Shown here: positions 25,501 through 37,536 of the stretch, one piece after another
How the letters are laid out: each line of letters begins with the position of its first letter
How positions within the stretch are numbered: position 1 is the first letter of the stretch
Source: Azolla caroliniana
Lineage: Eukaryota; Plantae; Polypodiophyta
Assembly: GCA_043228905.1 (NCBI GenBank)
Contig: JBHGNT010000010.1
Coordinates: 4,774,001 to 4,838,000 of the forward strand
DNA: 64,000 nucleotides
Reading direction: 5' to 3'
Translations under genes and position numbers: made by a program
The notes under the pieces: generated by a model
Database searches by the model: none
What the model was told of the DNA's origin: nothing
The model's input: the letters and a program-made list of their open reading frames with translations, nothing else

Positions 25501-26111
25501 GATAGAGCATACCTAGGGCATGGCAATACAATATACGAGATAATCTTGCCACTACAAAAGCTTGATGAACTTTTAATCTAAAGTAAGTCTAACATGGTGC
25601 TAACTTACCATATTTGTAAGATGTGTAAAACGAATAATGATATGCAATTTAGCTTTTATGCTTGTGCTTCCAATTTATAAGTTTATATACAAGTAAATAG
25701 GCTTGGATTGCATTCCATTCAATTTTGTACACATTTATGTTGGTTTAATTCTCTATGAGATTATCCCATGGATTTGACGTGCACCATAAAATTTCGTGGG
25801 AAGTGTGACGTCTAATTTTGATAGTTTGATTGTCAAGTTTTTTTATTTGCTAGTGAGGCTTTCCTCAAGACAAGTTGTGTGTGAACAAAAGAAAGTCTCA
25901 TGCACAAGATTGTGTTGAAAGACAACATTGATAAGGAGAAAACCACCTCTTACTCCACACTCAAAAGACTCTTCCCACATGAATACAATCTATTTAAATA
26001 CAAACTGAGATAGGCATTCATATGCATTGCTAACACTACTTTAGTTTACCCTAGTAGAAAAGGGAGATAAAAACATATGTCATGACTCATGACCGCACTA
26101 TATATAGAGAA

Positions 26112-27521
26112 TCAAACTCTTGTTTTACCTAGACTAGATCTCGAGGACCTCATTGCTTCAAGCGTTGTGTGTGAAATAAGGGCTTCGAAAGCTTCAATCA
26201 AGATCTTGACCTTGGTATTCCCATCGGGATTCAACTTATGCACAAGTCTTGTTATTGCATGATTGAGCATCCACTCGTGTGCATCTTTTGTGTCTTGAGT
26301 TTGTTGTTTCCGGAGGGTGACAAGCTTGGGGTTAGGGAGAGCGGGTGTGCCCAGGTCTAGGGGGGTGATCGTGTTGAGGTTTGGAAGGGCTGTGATTGTG
26401 GATTCACATCGTGGGGCAAACATTGTTGATGCTCGAGGGGCGACTAGAGCCACCTTGCAGGGGAGGGTAGGTGGTAGTGCATCATCACTATCATTATGAT
26501 GGACAAGTTCCATGCTCGGGGCCGTGTCACTTGATACCCAATCAAGTCTTGCAAAGTTCGGGAGGGCAATCTTGGCTTGGTCAAGGGGAAGGGCTGGTGT
26601 CAGGTTCACACTAAGGTTTGGTGTCCACTCATCATGAGGGGTGACCAATATTTTTGCCGGTTTTTGGATGGCCGTGTCCTTGTCCCCATTCTTGACCATA
26701 ACATCTAGAATCGCCTTGTCCGGGCCTGAGGGTCCAATGGGCCTAACATGATCCCCGACTAGAGGTTTTCCTTCATTATCATGCTCAACATGGAGAGATT
26801 GGTCAAGCTCAAGTTCACTCACAATTGACACTACTTCCTCATGATCCCCCCCAACAAGAGCCCTAATTGCTTCAGGATCAACACTATTCCCATCAAAAGC
26901 CATGGCCATTGCTTCTTCCTTGTGAGAGTGATCATCATCCACACACAAGGATATTCCCCCATCAATAGAAGCTTCAAATCCATGGCCATCACTCTTAGCA
27001 GAGCTTGATAGACCCCCATTGCTAGACATGGTAGAAGTAGTAGAATCCTCTGTTAAGGTAGTGAGTGATTCAGCCTTCTTCTTCTTCTTCTTCTTCTCCT
27101 CCATAGGCTTGCTGATATAGCTTGGCTTGGGACCATGGTGAGCAATGAGTTGTTGATTCTTTCCAGAGAGGAGGTATTTCTTGGGAGCCATGGAAGCTAG
27201 AATGTACTCAGGATTGCTAGCAGAGCATGTGGGGTTCTTGCACACAACTAGCCTCATAGAAGCAGCAGAGACTCTTCCATCATTACCAATGAAGCAAACT
27301 GCTCCTTTGCTGCAGGCTCTGCACAGGGAGGGAGGAACAGGGGATTTGTTGATGGATATGTTGTTGGAATCCTTCTGAGCAAGTAGAGGAATTCTCTTCC
27401 TCTTCTCTACACTTGGAAGAACTTTCTCTATTATTAGCTCTTCATCCTTCATCTTCATCTTCATCTTCTTCATGCCATTCACCAATGCTTCCTTGTCAAC
27501 TGAACCAAGTTGCTTGGGCAT
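26112..27521 (-). CDS. Plant calmodulin-binding domain (CaM_binding, PF07839-like) protein, 469 aa
   Basis: Single long ORF. The C-terminus LVTLRKQ..KDAHEWMLNHAITRLVHKL...KVKILIEAFEALI matches the EWMLD.A...L....K.KV..LV.AFE consensus. The remainder is low-complexity or disordered. Confidence 0.8.
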   Translation of the reverse strand: MPKQLGSVDKEALVNGMKKMKMKMKDEELIIEKVLPSVEKRKRIPLLAQKDSNNISINKSPVPPSLCRACSKGAVCFIGNDGRVSAASMRLVVCKNPTCSASNPEYILASMAPKKYLLSGKNQQLIAHHGPKPSYISKPMEEKKKKKKKAESLTTLTEDSTTSTMSSNGGLSSSAKSDGHGFEASIDGGISLCVDDDHSHKEEAMAMAFDGNSVDPEAIRALVGGDHEEVVSIVSELELDQSLHVEHDNEGKPLVGDHVRPIGPSGPDKAILDVMVKNGDKDTAIQKPAKILVTPHDEWTPNLSVNLTPALPLDQAKIALPNFARLDWVSSDTAPSMELVHHNDSDDALPPTLPCKVALVAPRASTMFAPRCESTITALPNLNTITPLDLGTPALPNPKLVTLRKQQTQDTKDAHEWMLNHAITRLVHKLNPDGNTKVKILIEAFEALISHTTLEAMRSSRSSLGKTRV

Positions 27522-30500
27522 GGTTTGTCTCTAACTTTGATGCTTCAAGGCAAAAGATTAGTTCAATGGTTTAAGTAGACCAATGAGGATATGTATTCAA
27601 GAACCCACGAGGGACATTTGGTTGTCTCGTCTCCTCATGTTTCTTTGTCTCCTGGATGAGGATGTGAGTTAGTTTCCGAGGGCATTAAAATGTCATCCTC
27701 ATCGTTGGGTAGGTGTGGTTTCAAACCACCCGCTAAAGGTGTCTCTCCTATGCGGCTCCAACCTTTGTCCACCATGAAAAGCGAGAATCGTAAAGGATCA
27801 TCGAAATTATCAAATTGTTACTCAGATCTTGAATCGTATCATTTGAATATGAACTGTCCCACCCCGTTTGTGTGATTTTGCTTGACAACATAACACTACT
27901 TTAAAGCTCATTGTCACGTATGAACCAAAAAAGCCTAGATATGTGTTTGTGAATGTGATTCACATGTAGAGCACAATTCATTTCATTGGGGTTGTTATTA
28001 AACCCTTCTTTTCATCGTGATGTAACTCCAAGATCTCGACTACAATCATTAGTCCACCATGTTTTTACGTCGTCCTTGTTCATTCGCAGTGGGTGATCTG
28101 AGTTTTTATACGAATTCTTTGTAATAAATTCCTACCAATTGTTGTTTTGAATGTTGTGCCATGATTATTAGCATTCATCATCTAAGGAAAATAACAAAAG
28201 AAGATATTAGGTGAAGAATGGTTGAGGTCGCATGCAAATAGACTTTGTATATTCCATACATTTTATAATTATTGCCACCCGAATATGTGAATTAGTGACA
28301 AATTTAACATTAATATTATGTTGATATTCTAGCCCAAGGCACATATTTGAGTTCATACTTTAACATATTGTGTTGTATTAGTTTTTCATAGGTAATAAGA
28401 CAAAAATGTTATGCAAGATGATGAACAAGCTTCTATGGATCCCCAAGATTGGAAGTTAAAACTTTTATGGTAGCTTGAGGCACCCTTTACGTGCTCACTT
28501 ATGGATATTTATTTCGTAACTTAATTAAAGTCCTAGGTAATTTTCTTTCCACGAGCATTCATGTTGTGAACAACCTGTGTAACTTTGCATTTTAGATAAG
28601 ACTCAATGTACGAAATGGTTATCTTATAATTGTAGTAGGCTAAGGGCAATAATTGTGCATGTACAAATGGAGGAATTTAATATTGTGATCGGTTCTTGTG
28701 TGTTTTCAAATCTTAAACTTGTCCTTAACCTCTTGAAATTTTTAGCATTTGTATAAAAAACACTAAAAAAGAGTAATGGGAGATGGAAAAAAATTTGACA
28801 CCCAAACCTAAAGGTGCCACTTAATAGTCATCATACAAACATGTTAAAAGGATTAATTAGAGGCATGCATATGGATGGACCTAAGTGGGAGAGGTGGATT
28901 TGATTGCAAGCATGGGGCAATTCATGTAGTAAGGATCCTAAGGAAGAGCTTTGATGATCTTTGCCATGTGGGTTTTGTGAAATGCTTTTTCTCTTGTCAA
29001 TTATTGTTGTAGATAGTGTTCCACCACCTCATCCCACATAACTTAAAGAATACGATTGTACGCTAATCTATCAACTAGTGTGGTTTTAAAACCTTTTAAC
29101 TCAATTGTAAAAAGTCAAGCACTTTTCACTTTAAGTTTTATGGGAAATAATGCTTCTTGTCCAAAAGAGATACATGGAAATCATTATTTTGGACGCTTTT
29201 CCCTAATTAGGTTAGCTCTAGGCCAATAATCAACTTGGTGACATTAATCAGCGAAATGTGAAAACCAATGGGAATTTTCATATGCATTGTTTAAAACATA
29301 TGACAGTGGTGGGTATTAATATAATGTCATCACCAATGAGTGTAGAATCATATGGGGATATTGAATGTCTATCCTAAGGTTGTGGAGTCATGGCACATAT
29401 AATCATAAAGACTTTTAAAGGTTGCATGCATTGTACATTTATAATATATCAAATGGTGGGCCCCTCCCATTTGATCTGAAATAGATAAATGATAGTTTTA
29501 ATGTTGATGGCTTTAAGTTTTTATCATCTTCAAGTATGTTTATTCACTTGCATTTTCAGAATCTTATTCTCTACGAGTTGAGCAAGACCACACAAACAGA
29601 CAATATGTTGTAGTACTCGAGGGTTAGATCATACCACACTATCCAAGGGCACCCCGATCACCTTATTGTTGTAGCATCCCCCCGTGAGGTTAAGGCAACT
29701 CTGAACAATGTTGTAAATCTTTACCAATGGTGCCAAATGTGTGACGGCTTTGGTTACTTCACCAAGGTAACACCTTACTCCTGGTATATTCTTCATGCGA
29801 ACCACTATGAGTTCATTGTCTCGAGTAGCTCCATCATCTACCCTCTTGAATTTGAGAATACCCAAAGTAGCTGTCAACTACTCTTGAGCTACTAGTACTA
29901 ACATGTACACTAAATACGTATGGAAAGGTGAAACGCTCCCTCTGAATCATGTAGTTCATCAATTAACACTCAACACAAGGCACATGAGACTTAACTATAC
30001 ATATTCAATACACCAACAAAAGAATTGACAAGCAAGAAATCACCAGAATGTTTGAGTCTCAATTATTCGTGCCGTGCTTAATTCAATGTTAGTGCTCCTT
30101 CTCACCTACTCAAATTTGGTCTATGAACATACCAGAAGAGCTCACCATGGAAATGGCAAAAAATGGTAACTTTTAGGACCAACATTGGCAAAATTCTTGG
30201 CTACACTACTACTCTATTTGGATGATGCACCTTTTTCCTCATGTGATATTGACATTATGCAACCTTTAATTGACTAGAAGATTGTTGTATATGCTCACCC
30301 CCTCTCTTACTTTTGTTATCGTAAATTTCTAGCTTCTCACGTAAATTAAATGGGAACTCCTTCATAGATAATGCACACAACTCATTTATTATTCCTTGAT
30401 TTCCCTTGTATTATCTATATTAGAATCACATTTAGCTAGGATGCTCATTTCTCGTTATTGCCTATTTAGATGAACTCAATTTCTTACATACTTCACTAAC

Positions 30501-30726
30501 ACGAATTATTCTGATTGGTGATTGAACTATTATCAAGAGGTATCCTCTTGCTTTTGGCTACCCACATACCTTTGTATAGCAATGAATTCTTTCAACAAGA
30601 TTGTTTGGAATTCTTGTGTAATTTTGGCATGATAATCAAACCCTTTAATATGTGCTGAAACTTGTATAAGTTTCAAGAGTCCCAAGTAAAACCAAAAAAC
30701 GAGTTCTTTATTTAGCTTGGATTATT

Positions 30727-31272
30727 TAGCTTGGATACAAAACTATTGTCCTTTCTTACTTAAATTCATTCAACAAAATATTAACACCATTGATATAAAA
30801 TGATAAGGTGTTGATCAAACTTAAACATAAATCACGATGCAAAAACATGACAAATGCAGAAAAGAAACTTGTGGCACTCAAAATTAAGGGTTGCTATGAA
30901 TATTAACCCAAGTCATTGAACAAATATTGAATCCATGGTCATAGAAGATCATGACAAATACAGAATGAATGTAGAGTATCATGAACAACTAAATGAGGAG
31001 TCTTTATCTAGCTTGGATACAAAACCATTGTCCTTTCTTACTTAAATTCATTCAACAAAATATTAGCACCATTGATATAAAATGATAAGGTGTTGATCAA
31101 ACTCAAACATAAATCACGATGCAAAAACATGACAAATGCAGGCACTCAAAATTAAGGGTTGCTATGAATATTAACCCAAGTCATTGAACAAATATTGAAT
31201 CCATGGTCATAGAAGACCATGACAAATACAGAATGAATGTAGAGTATCATGAACAACTAAATGAGGAGTCTT
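30727..31272. repeat. Tandem duplication, ~280-bp unit x2
   Basis: Copies start at 30727 and 31009 (TAGCTTGGATACAAAAC...ATGAGGAGTCTT). The second copy lacks a ~13-bp segment. Confidence 0.9.
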
Positions 31273-32494
31273 CTCAAACGATGCATAACACAAATATGGA
31301 TCTAAGGCCCCAATAACAAGGCAAAGATGAGCTGCTCATAGGGCAAGATTTTCCTCATGTTATCAATGTTGAAGCTTATAAAACTTTCAAGTTTAGGTAA
31401 TGTCTATCATCAAAGAGAGAGAAACAAAAGAACTAGATCATTCATTAAACATCATAATCAAAATCCAGAATCACTGTTATCTACCTTCAAGTTTTCATCC
31501 ATGTGCTTTATTTTCCAGGTTTCACTTTCCATTGTGGTTTTACTAGTAGAATTAAACGGCATGTAAGCATGTCCATGCATAAATGTTTTAAAACTTTTGG
31601 ATCATGCGTGCTTTTTATTAACATACAGTAACATTGTCTTGTGTCAGGCACATCCCATCAATTTTTGTTGTGGTATCTCAATTTTTCTGACCCTAATATA
31701 ATGCATTTTCGAGCATTCAGGTCACATTCTTTACATAATTCAACATTGTCCAAACCATCAAACAAGTTTCCCACCATTTTTTTATTGAACTCGATTAGGC
31801 CTCTCCATATTTCTAATGTCTCTGAACATAATGTCACACATTTTCAAGCATCCAGGTCACATTCTTTTCACAATTAAACACCATCCAAATAATCAACAAG
31901 TTTCCCAGCATTTTTGCTTGAAACAGTTGAATGATGTATCCAACCTATTATACAACAATCTAAACTTCATTGCGACAATCTATACACGTCATAAAACTTT
32001 GCAAAATGATTGTGGCACACATATTTTCTTCATGGTGATGTTGAGCTTTGAAATGACACTCAGCATCGATTCGTGAAAGTAGAAGTGAAACTTTTAAACT
32101 TTTCAAAAAGTGTTCTAAGTTGAATATTTTGACTTCACAATTAGAGTATATACAAATAGACTACCAAGCTTGCTATGCTGGTTTTTATACAAAACCTCCA
32201 GTACAGCTTTCTCCAAGTACTGTATGTAACTCAGACTATACAAAACAATGATATGTGCAAAAGCTCTCCTCAAACTTTGTCACCTCTATTCGAATAAGTA
32301 AGTTGGTTGACGAACACACCTGTTGACTTGACATAGACCTCCCATTATAGCAACAAAAGGATATGCAAATCATTATTATATCTTGATCCATGAATTTCAT
32401 GCATCTTGATAGAACATTCCATTCTTTCCATCTACATGGATCATCCCCCAATCCCAACATTACTACTTTTCCCTTAGGCTCTCTCTTGATTTAG

Positions 32495-34033
32495 TTAAAG
32501 ATGCAATCCAATATGGCACCTTTGAAACTTTTGTAATTTACCATCGCTACATTCAGCCATCCCAATACCTGATCTTCCAGATTTGTCGACACCCTGGTAA
32601 TAAAGGCGCCATTCTTCACCGTCCATATGCACCAAACAAGGGTGATGTATTGTCCCACTATCCCATGCATTCTCTTTCTCTGCCACACTGAACACAGGAC
32701 TATTGGAACATCTTTCCCATTTTGACAACCCATCTTTGGATTGAGCGAGACCAAAACTAATACTTCCATCCATAGCAACACCTTCATAAATCATAAGGTA
32801 GCCATTACCATCAGGGTGAGGTACTACTTGTGGGCATTTCACACCAAATTCATCAAATGTACCAGGAAGCCCACCGCCGAGGAGCTTCCCATATTTAACC
32901 CATTTCATCCCATCACGCGATCTCGCAAAGCCAGTACTGAAGCAACCCGATTTGATATCAAATGCATGATAGTACATCCTAAGATCATCCGGACCAGAGT
33001 AAACCACATGGGGAGCAGCAATAAACAAAGAGTCCCATTTCCCTTCCCCACCATCAAAGAGAGCGCCACTATGGTGTTCACCTTCAATCCTTGCCCAAGC
33101 CCGCCCATCATGGCTCATGGCAAGTCCAGGACGGGTTCTATGCACTGTGACACTCTCATCATTGTATAGAAATTCAACTTGATTAGGTGGAAGACTAATA
33201 GGCTTTGATATCTCAATTGTCTCAGAGCTTCCACCAGTGTAGTACATCCAATACACACCTGCTGTAACCCGGCCCTTCAAGCTCGAAAGTACAAGAACAT
33301 CAGAGGGCCTTGTGACCTCAGTATCAAATGCCCACCAGTTATCGCTACAATCTAGAACTTTTCCGACATCTTCACTACTTGGTCCACTGTTATCCACTAA
33401 GCCATTACCTCGTTTCCAATGTACTCCATTAGAAGAGACGGCAAGGCCCATAACCTCATTCTTGAGGTTTCCTCCACTAGCACTATACCACATTATCCAT
33501 CTTTCTTCATTATCACTCAGATATCTTCTCACAACCGGGGGCCCAATTCTACCACTGTCCCAGGCTTCAAGTTCAGGACTTGGCCCGAGGACACAACCTT
33601 CCATATCTATTTTCACATTCGCATTCACATCTAAATTCGCGTCTTTATCAGAAACTTTTGCATCCACATCTGCATTTTTGCCAACAAGTTTCACAGATCT
33701 AGATGAATCAATAGACCTGGTTTCCAGCCCTTGAGATGATGCTTTCCCACTCTGATCATCTTCTAGGATCTCAGCTTGATCTTCCCCGTTTTCCTTCTTC
33801 TTCTTTTCATCAGATCGATGTTGGTTCGAATCGAGTGCCCGAAAAGATGCAAACCTCTGCTTCTGCTTCTTCTTCAGGGTAGAAGGATGGGGAGCGGATT
33901 TCTTGAACCGAAGACCTGTCGATCCATGGAAGGCATCCGTGGGATGGGGACAAAAGCTTCGCGAGTTCCAGGTGGGTCTGGCGGTATGGCGATGAGAGCA
34001 AGACAGCGAAGAGAAGCTATGCAAGATCTCCAT
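32495..34033 (-). CDS. Five-bladed beta-propeller glycoside hydrolase-like protein (arabinanase/levansucrase/invertase superfamily), likely plastid-targeted, 512 aa, intronless
   Basis: Ser/Arg-rich, acid-poor N-terminus. Repeated blade motifs WDSG..P.V, W.MWYS, GLA.S.DG..W, WDSLFIAAP, FDEFGV..P and WDSGTIHHP. Confidence 0.85.
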   Translation of the reverse strand: MEILHSFSSLSCSHRHTARPTWNSRSFCPHPTDAFHGSTGLRFKKSAPHPSTLKKKQKQRFASFRALDSNQHRSDEKKKKENGEDQAEILEDDQSGKASSQGLETRSIDSSRSVKLVGKNADVDAKVSDKDANLDVNANVKIDMEGCVLGPSPELEAWDSGRIGPPVVRRYLSDNEERWIMWYSASGGNLKNEVMGLAVSSNGVHWKRGNGLVDNSGPSSEDVGKVLDCSDNWWAFDTEVTRPSDVLVLSSLKGRVTAGVYWMYYTGGSSETIEISKPISLPPNQVEFLYNDESVTVHRTRPGLAMSHDGRAWARIEGEHHSGALFDGGEGKWDSLFIAAPHVVYSGPDDLRMYYHAFDIKSGCFSTGFARSRDGMKWVKYGKLLGGGLPGTFDEFGVKCPQVVPHPDGNGYLMIYEGVAMDGSISFGLAQSKDGLSKWERCSNSPVFSVAEKENAWDSGTIHHPCLVHMDGEEWRLYYQGVDKSGRSGIGMAECSDGKLQKFQRCHIGLHL

Positions 34034-34329
34034 CGATCGATCGAGAGAGAAAGAGAGAAGAAGAAGAAGAAGAAGAAGAATTGCTTACCCGATGTGATTT
34101 GGGCGAGAGGAAAGAGCAGTTTGCTGTGTTTCTATGTCGAGAAGAAAGGAGAAGAAGCGTGTAGAAGAAAGAAAGATGGGGCTACCCTGTTTCCACCATT
34201 AGAAAACTTGACCACATGTTCCACGAGAAAGAGAGAAAGAGAGAGAAGAAGAAGAAGAAGAAGAAGAAGAAGAGAAGAAGTCATTTTGTCCCCTTCATTG
34301 GGGGTGTACTCCTTTGTGTACACATAAGT

Positions 34330-35025
34330 ATAGGTCAAGGTCCCGCGACTGTTTCGGGGGTCTGTCTAGTGTCAAGGTCTCGCTGGTTCTAGCTCATGGT
34401 TTGTCTTAATGCTCCAGGTCTAGGTCCAGCAAGGTGTTTCTGCGTCTGTCTGGGGTCAAGGTCTCGCTTGTTCTAGCTCACGGTTTGGCTTAATGCTCCA
34501 GGTCTAGGTCCGGTTTTAGGTCTAGGCCCAACTTCATGCTTCGGGTCTAGATCTAGGTCAAGGTTTAGGTCAAGGTCTGGTTCTAGGTCTAGGCCCAATT
34601 TAATGCTTCGAGTCTAGGTCTCGGGTCAAGGCTTGGTTCTAAGACTAGGCCCAACTTAATGCTTCGGGTCTAGGTGTGGGTGTCAAGGTATGGTTGGTTC
34701 TAGGTCTAGGTCCATGTCTCGCTTAATGCTTTAGGGTTTGGGTTTGGGTTTGGCTCTAGGTTTGGGTCAAGTTCTGGCTGGCTTTGAGTCAAGTTTTTGC
34801 TTAATGCCTTTGGTTCTGGGTTTGAGTCTCGGTTTGGCTAGTTCTAGGTGTGGGTGTCAGGTTCTAGGTCTAGGTCTAGGTCTAGCTTAATGTTTCTAGG
34901 TTTGGGTTTGGCTCTAGGTCTACGTCAAGTTTTGGCTGGCTTTGAGTCAAGGTTTGGCTTAATGCCTTTGGCTCTGGGTTTGAGTCTAGGTTTGGACAGT
35001 TCTAGGTCAAGGTATAGCTTAATGC
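34330..35025. repeat. Degenerate strand-biased minisatellite (GGTCTAGGTC / GCTTAATGC units) upstream of the hydrolase gene
   Basis: Recurrent AGGTCTAGG, GGTCAAGG and GCTTAATGCT motifs, with a higher-order duplication ~34720-34850 / ~34885-35010. Confidence 0.8.
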
Positions 35026-36829
35026 ATGCCTCATTGTTTCCCTCCTCATAATCACTCCTATACCACCAACCACATACTTGTTTGGATCTCGTATTTTAAA
35101 GTCGGTAATGTGTTCTACCTTTTCCTTCGAGAGGACACGAGCCTTCACCAGAGCCTTTTGCATCTTAGCCTCGCCCTTTAAACCTTGTCAGTTTGTCGAT
35201 GCATTCCCAAGCTATGTGTGTATTTTATTTGCAGTACGCATGATGAGGTTAGGACTAGTCAAAAAGTCTACATGAAATGAGTTAAAAACCTTATAGGATA
35301 TTGACGGGCTTTGGCTTTGGATTCCGATGGTAGTTTTTGCCTCACTCTAAATGTTTGTCTATAAATATCTATATGTTAGAAACAAGTTTAGGTAGGTGTA
35401 TTCATGTTACATCATGGCCATTCGAACTCAATCAAGTCTTAAAACATGTGAGGTATGAATTAGAAACGTGTTATTATTAATAAAAAGTTGAAGTTATCGA
35501 ATGTGTGTGCTTCAAAATAAAAGATTGACATCATGTGAATGAAATTCAGCTTGTAAAATATACTTGGGATTCGGGAAAGTATGTTTTAAACTCTAAGAAA
35601 CAAAATCACATTGTTGACTTTGTAATGCCTCTAGTTACTATGCTTCATTGTCTCAATTATATTAATGGAATTAAAATAGTGATTCTTTTTTGACAATTCG
35701 TTTACGACCTTCGGAGGATTAATAATAATCGAAAAATATCGTGCTGTGTCACCCCAATTTGTCTATGGCTTGATGAAGGGTGGCTTCTTGACGTAATCAT
35801 GTGTGCATTAACGGATGCAATTGGAAAATGGGCATACACCGTAGTCTAGACAAAACCTATGGTATGGAATACATAATCTTTGGTTCAATTTAAAGGATCA
35901 GCTACCCTTTTGCACTTCTTCTTCCCTTTTCTCTATACACTCATGGAGGCAGTGATCGACTATGCCTAGAAGTTCACAAACCATTTAGATCTTTTTATGC
36001 TAATGCTTCTATGCATAGTATGGGATGCACACATACTGAGTTTTCATATGCCATATAATTTTTGCATCCAATTTGAATGGACAAAGGTAGTCTATGAGTA
36101 AGCAAAGCAAATTATGGAGTAATGATTGAAGTTTATCCATACGCTAAAGATGTGATACAAAGGTAAACATGCATGACATAATTATTGTACATCAACATGA
36201 TCAAACAATTTGGTGAATATAGGGAACAATGGGGCTTGATAGAATGGTGAGAATTGCAAATCTACCCTTCTTTGCTCTCTTCCCTTGAGAATTACAAGCA
36301 AGGATGTCATATTAATCACAAAACATAATTGCTTGTGGGGTTGACAAGTAATTAATGTGATATCTACCTAAGCGTTTATCACCTTAACAATATAGGATGT
36401 CATATTGTGCATGATGCCATATTACTCCATTCTTTAAGTAACCACTAGGACATCATCCTGCTTCTTACAAAACCATGAAGCCATGTGGCCACAAAAATAT
36501 AAGATGCGAACACCAAGAGGCCTTGCTATGCCTAACAATAGGCAAGTAGTAGGGTATCATATTACACAGAAACAAAGCGGCCTATTGCAAGTATGTCACA
36601 ATCACGGACAATTGAGCAAATAGAACTTGGGGAGTGACGAAGCACGTGCGGGTGAGGGAGGTTTGGTTTCACTGGGGTGGTGATAATGAAGGGTAGTGAG
36701 TTTGTCATAATGGCCGAGTTTCGACGATGAAGCAAAGCACAACAGTGGAGATGTGGAGTGAAAGCAAAAAAGAATTGAGACAAGAGAGATGGGGGTGTGT
36801 GGAGATGGTGCCGCCAAGAGTACACCGAG

Positions 36830-37270
36830 CAAGACAGGGAGACAGACAAGGACATGGACACGGTCACAACAAACATAGATATACAGACATAGAAACAAGC
36901 ACGGACAAAGACACAGACAAGGATGGTCACGGTCATAGACCAGGGAGACAACGAATGCTTGATATGGACACAACAGATTCTAATACATACACGAACACAG
37001 ACACAGACACAGACAAAAGGACATGGTCATGGACACAGACACGGAGACAACGGACACAGATGTGGACACAACGAATTCAGACATAGATACGAACATGGAC
37101 ACGTACACAGATACAGACACGATCACGGACACAAACACGGAGACAACAGACACTGATGTGGACACAACGGATTCGTACACAGACACGAACATGGACACGT
37201 GCACAGATACGGGGACACGGGGGGTGATGACATGTGTCACATACACAAACATGTGACACATGACACACAC
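36830..37270. repeat. GACAC(A/G)GAC-rich array upstream of the bZIP gene
   Basis: Repeated GACACAGA and CACGGACA motifs, including a ~96-bp near-duplication. Confidence 0.8.
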
Positions 37271-37449
37271 ACACAGATGGCATTTGGATGATGTAGAGTT
37301 TTATCCTTATCCTTTGAAAAGAAACAAAAGTCTCTTTGTTTCTTCTTCTTCTTCTTCTTCTTCTTCTTCTCTGTCTCTCATGTTTGTTGGCTTTTGTGTG
37401 TTTTTTTTTGGGGAGATTCCTTGTCTTTTTTCTTCTTCCTCCTCCTCTG

Positions 37450-37505
<56 letters not shown>

Positions 37506-37536
37506 TTTCTGCAACAGTGAAAGCCCATCGATCGCC

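Noticed and set aside
32741-34327. Plus-strand ORFs antisense to the hydrolase gene
   Set aside because: Shadow ORFs with no independent motifs.
36562-37270. Overlapping DT/HG/VS-rich ORFs
   Set aside because: Artefacts of a stop-poor low-complexity repeat.
37336-37536. Hydrophobic N-terminal extension of the 380-aa bZIP ORF, suggesting a membrane-tethered factor
   Set aside because: It starts at a non-ATG codon and simply translates (CTT)n/(CT)n microsatellites. The ATG at 37537 has good context.
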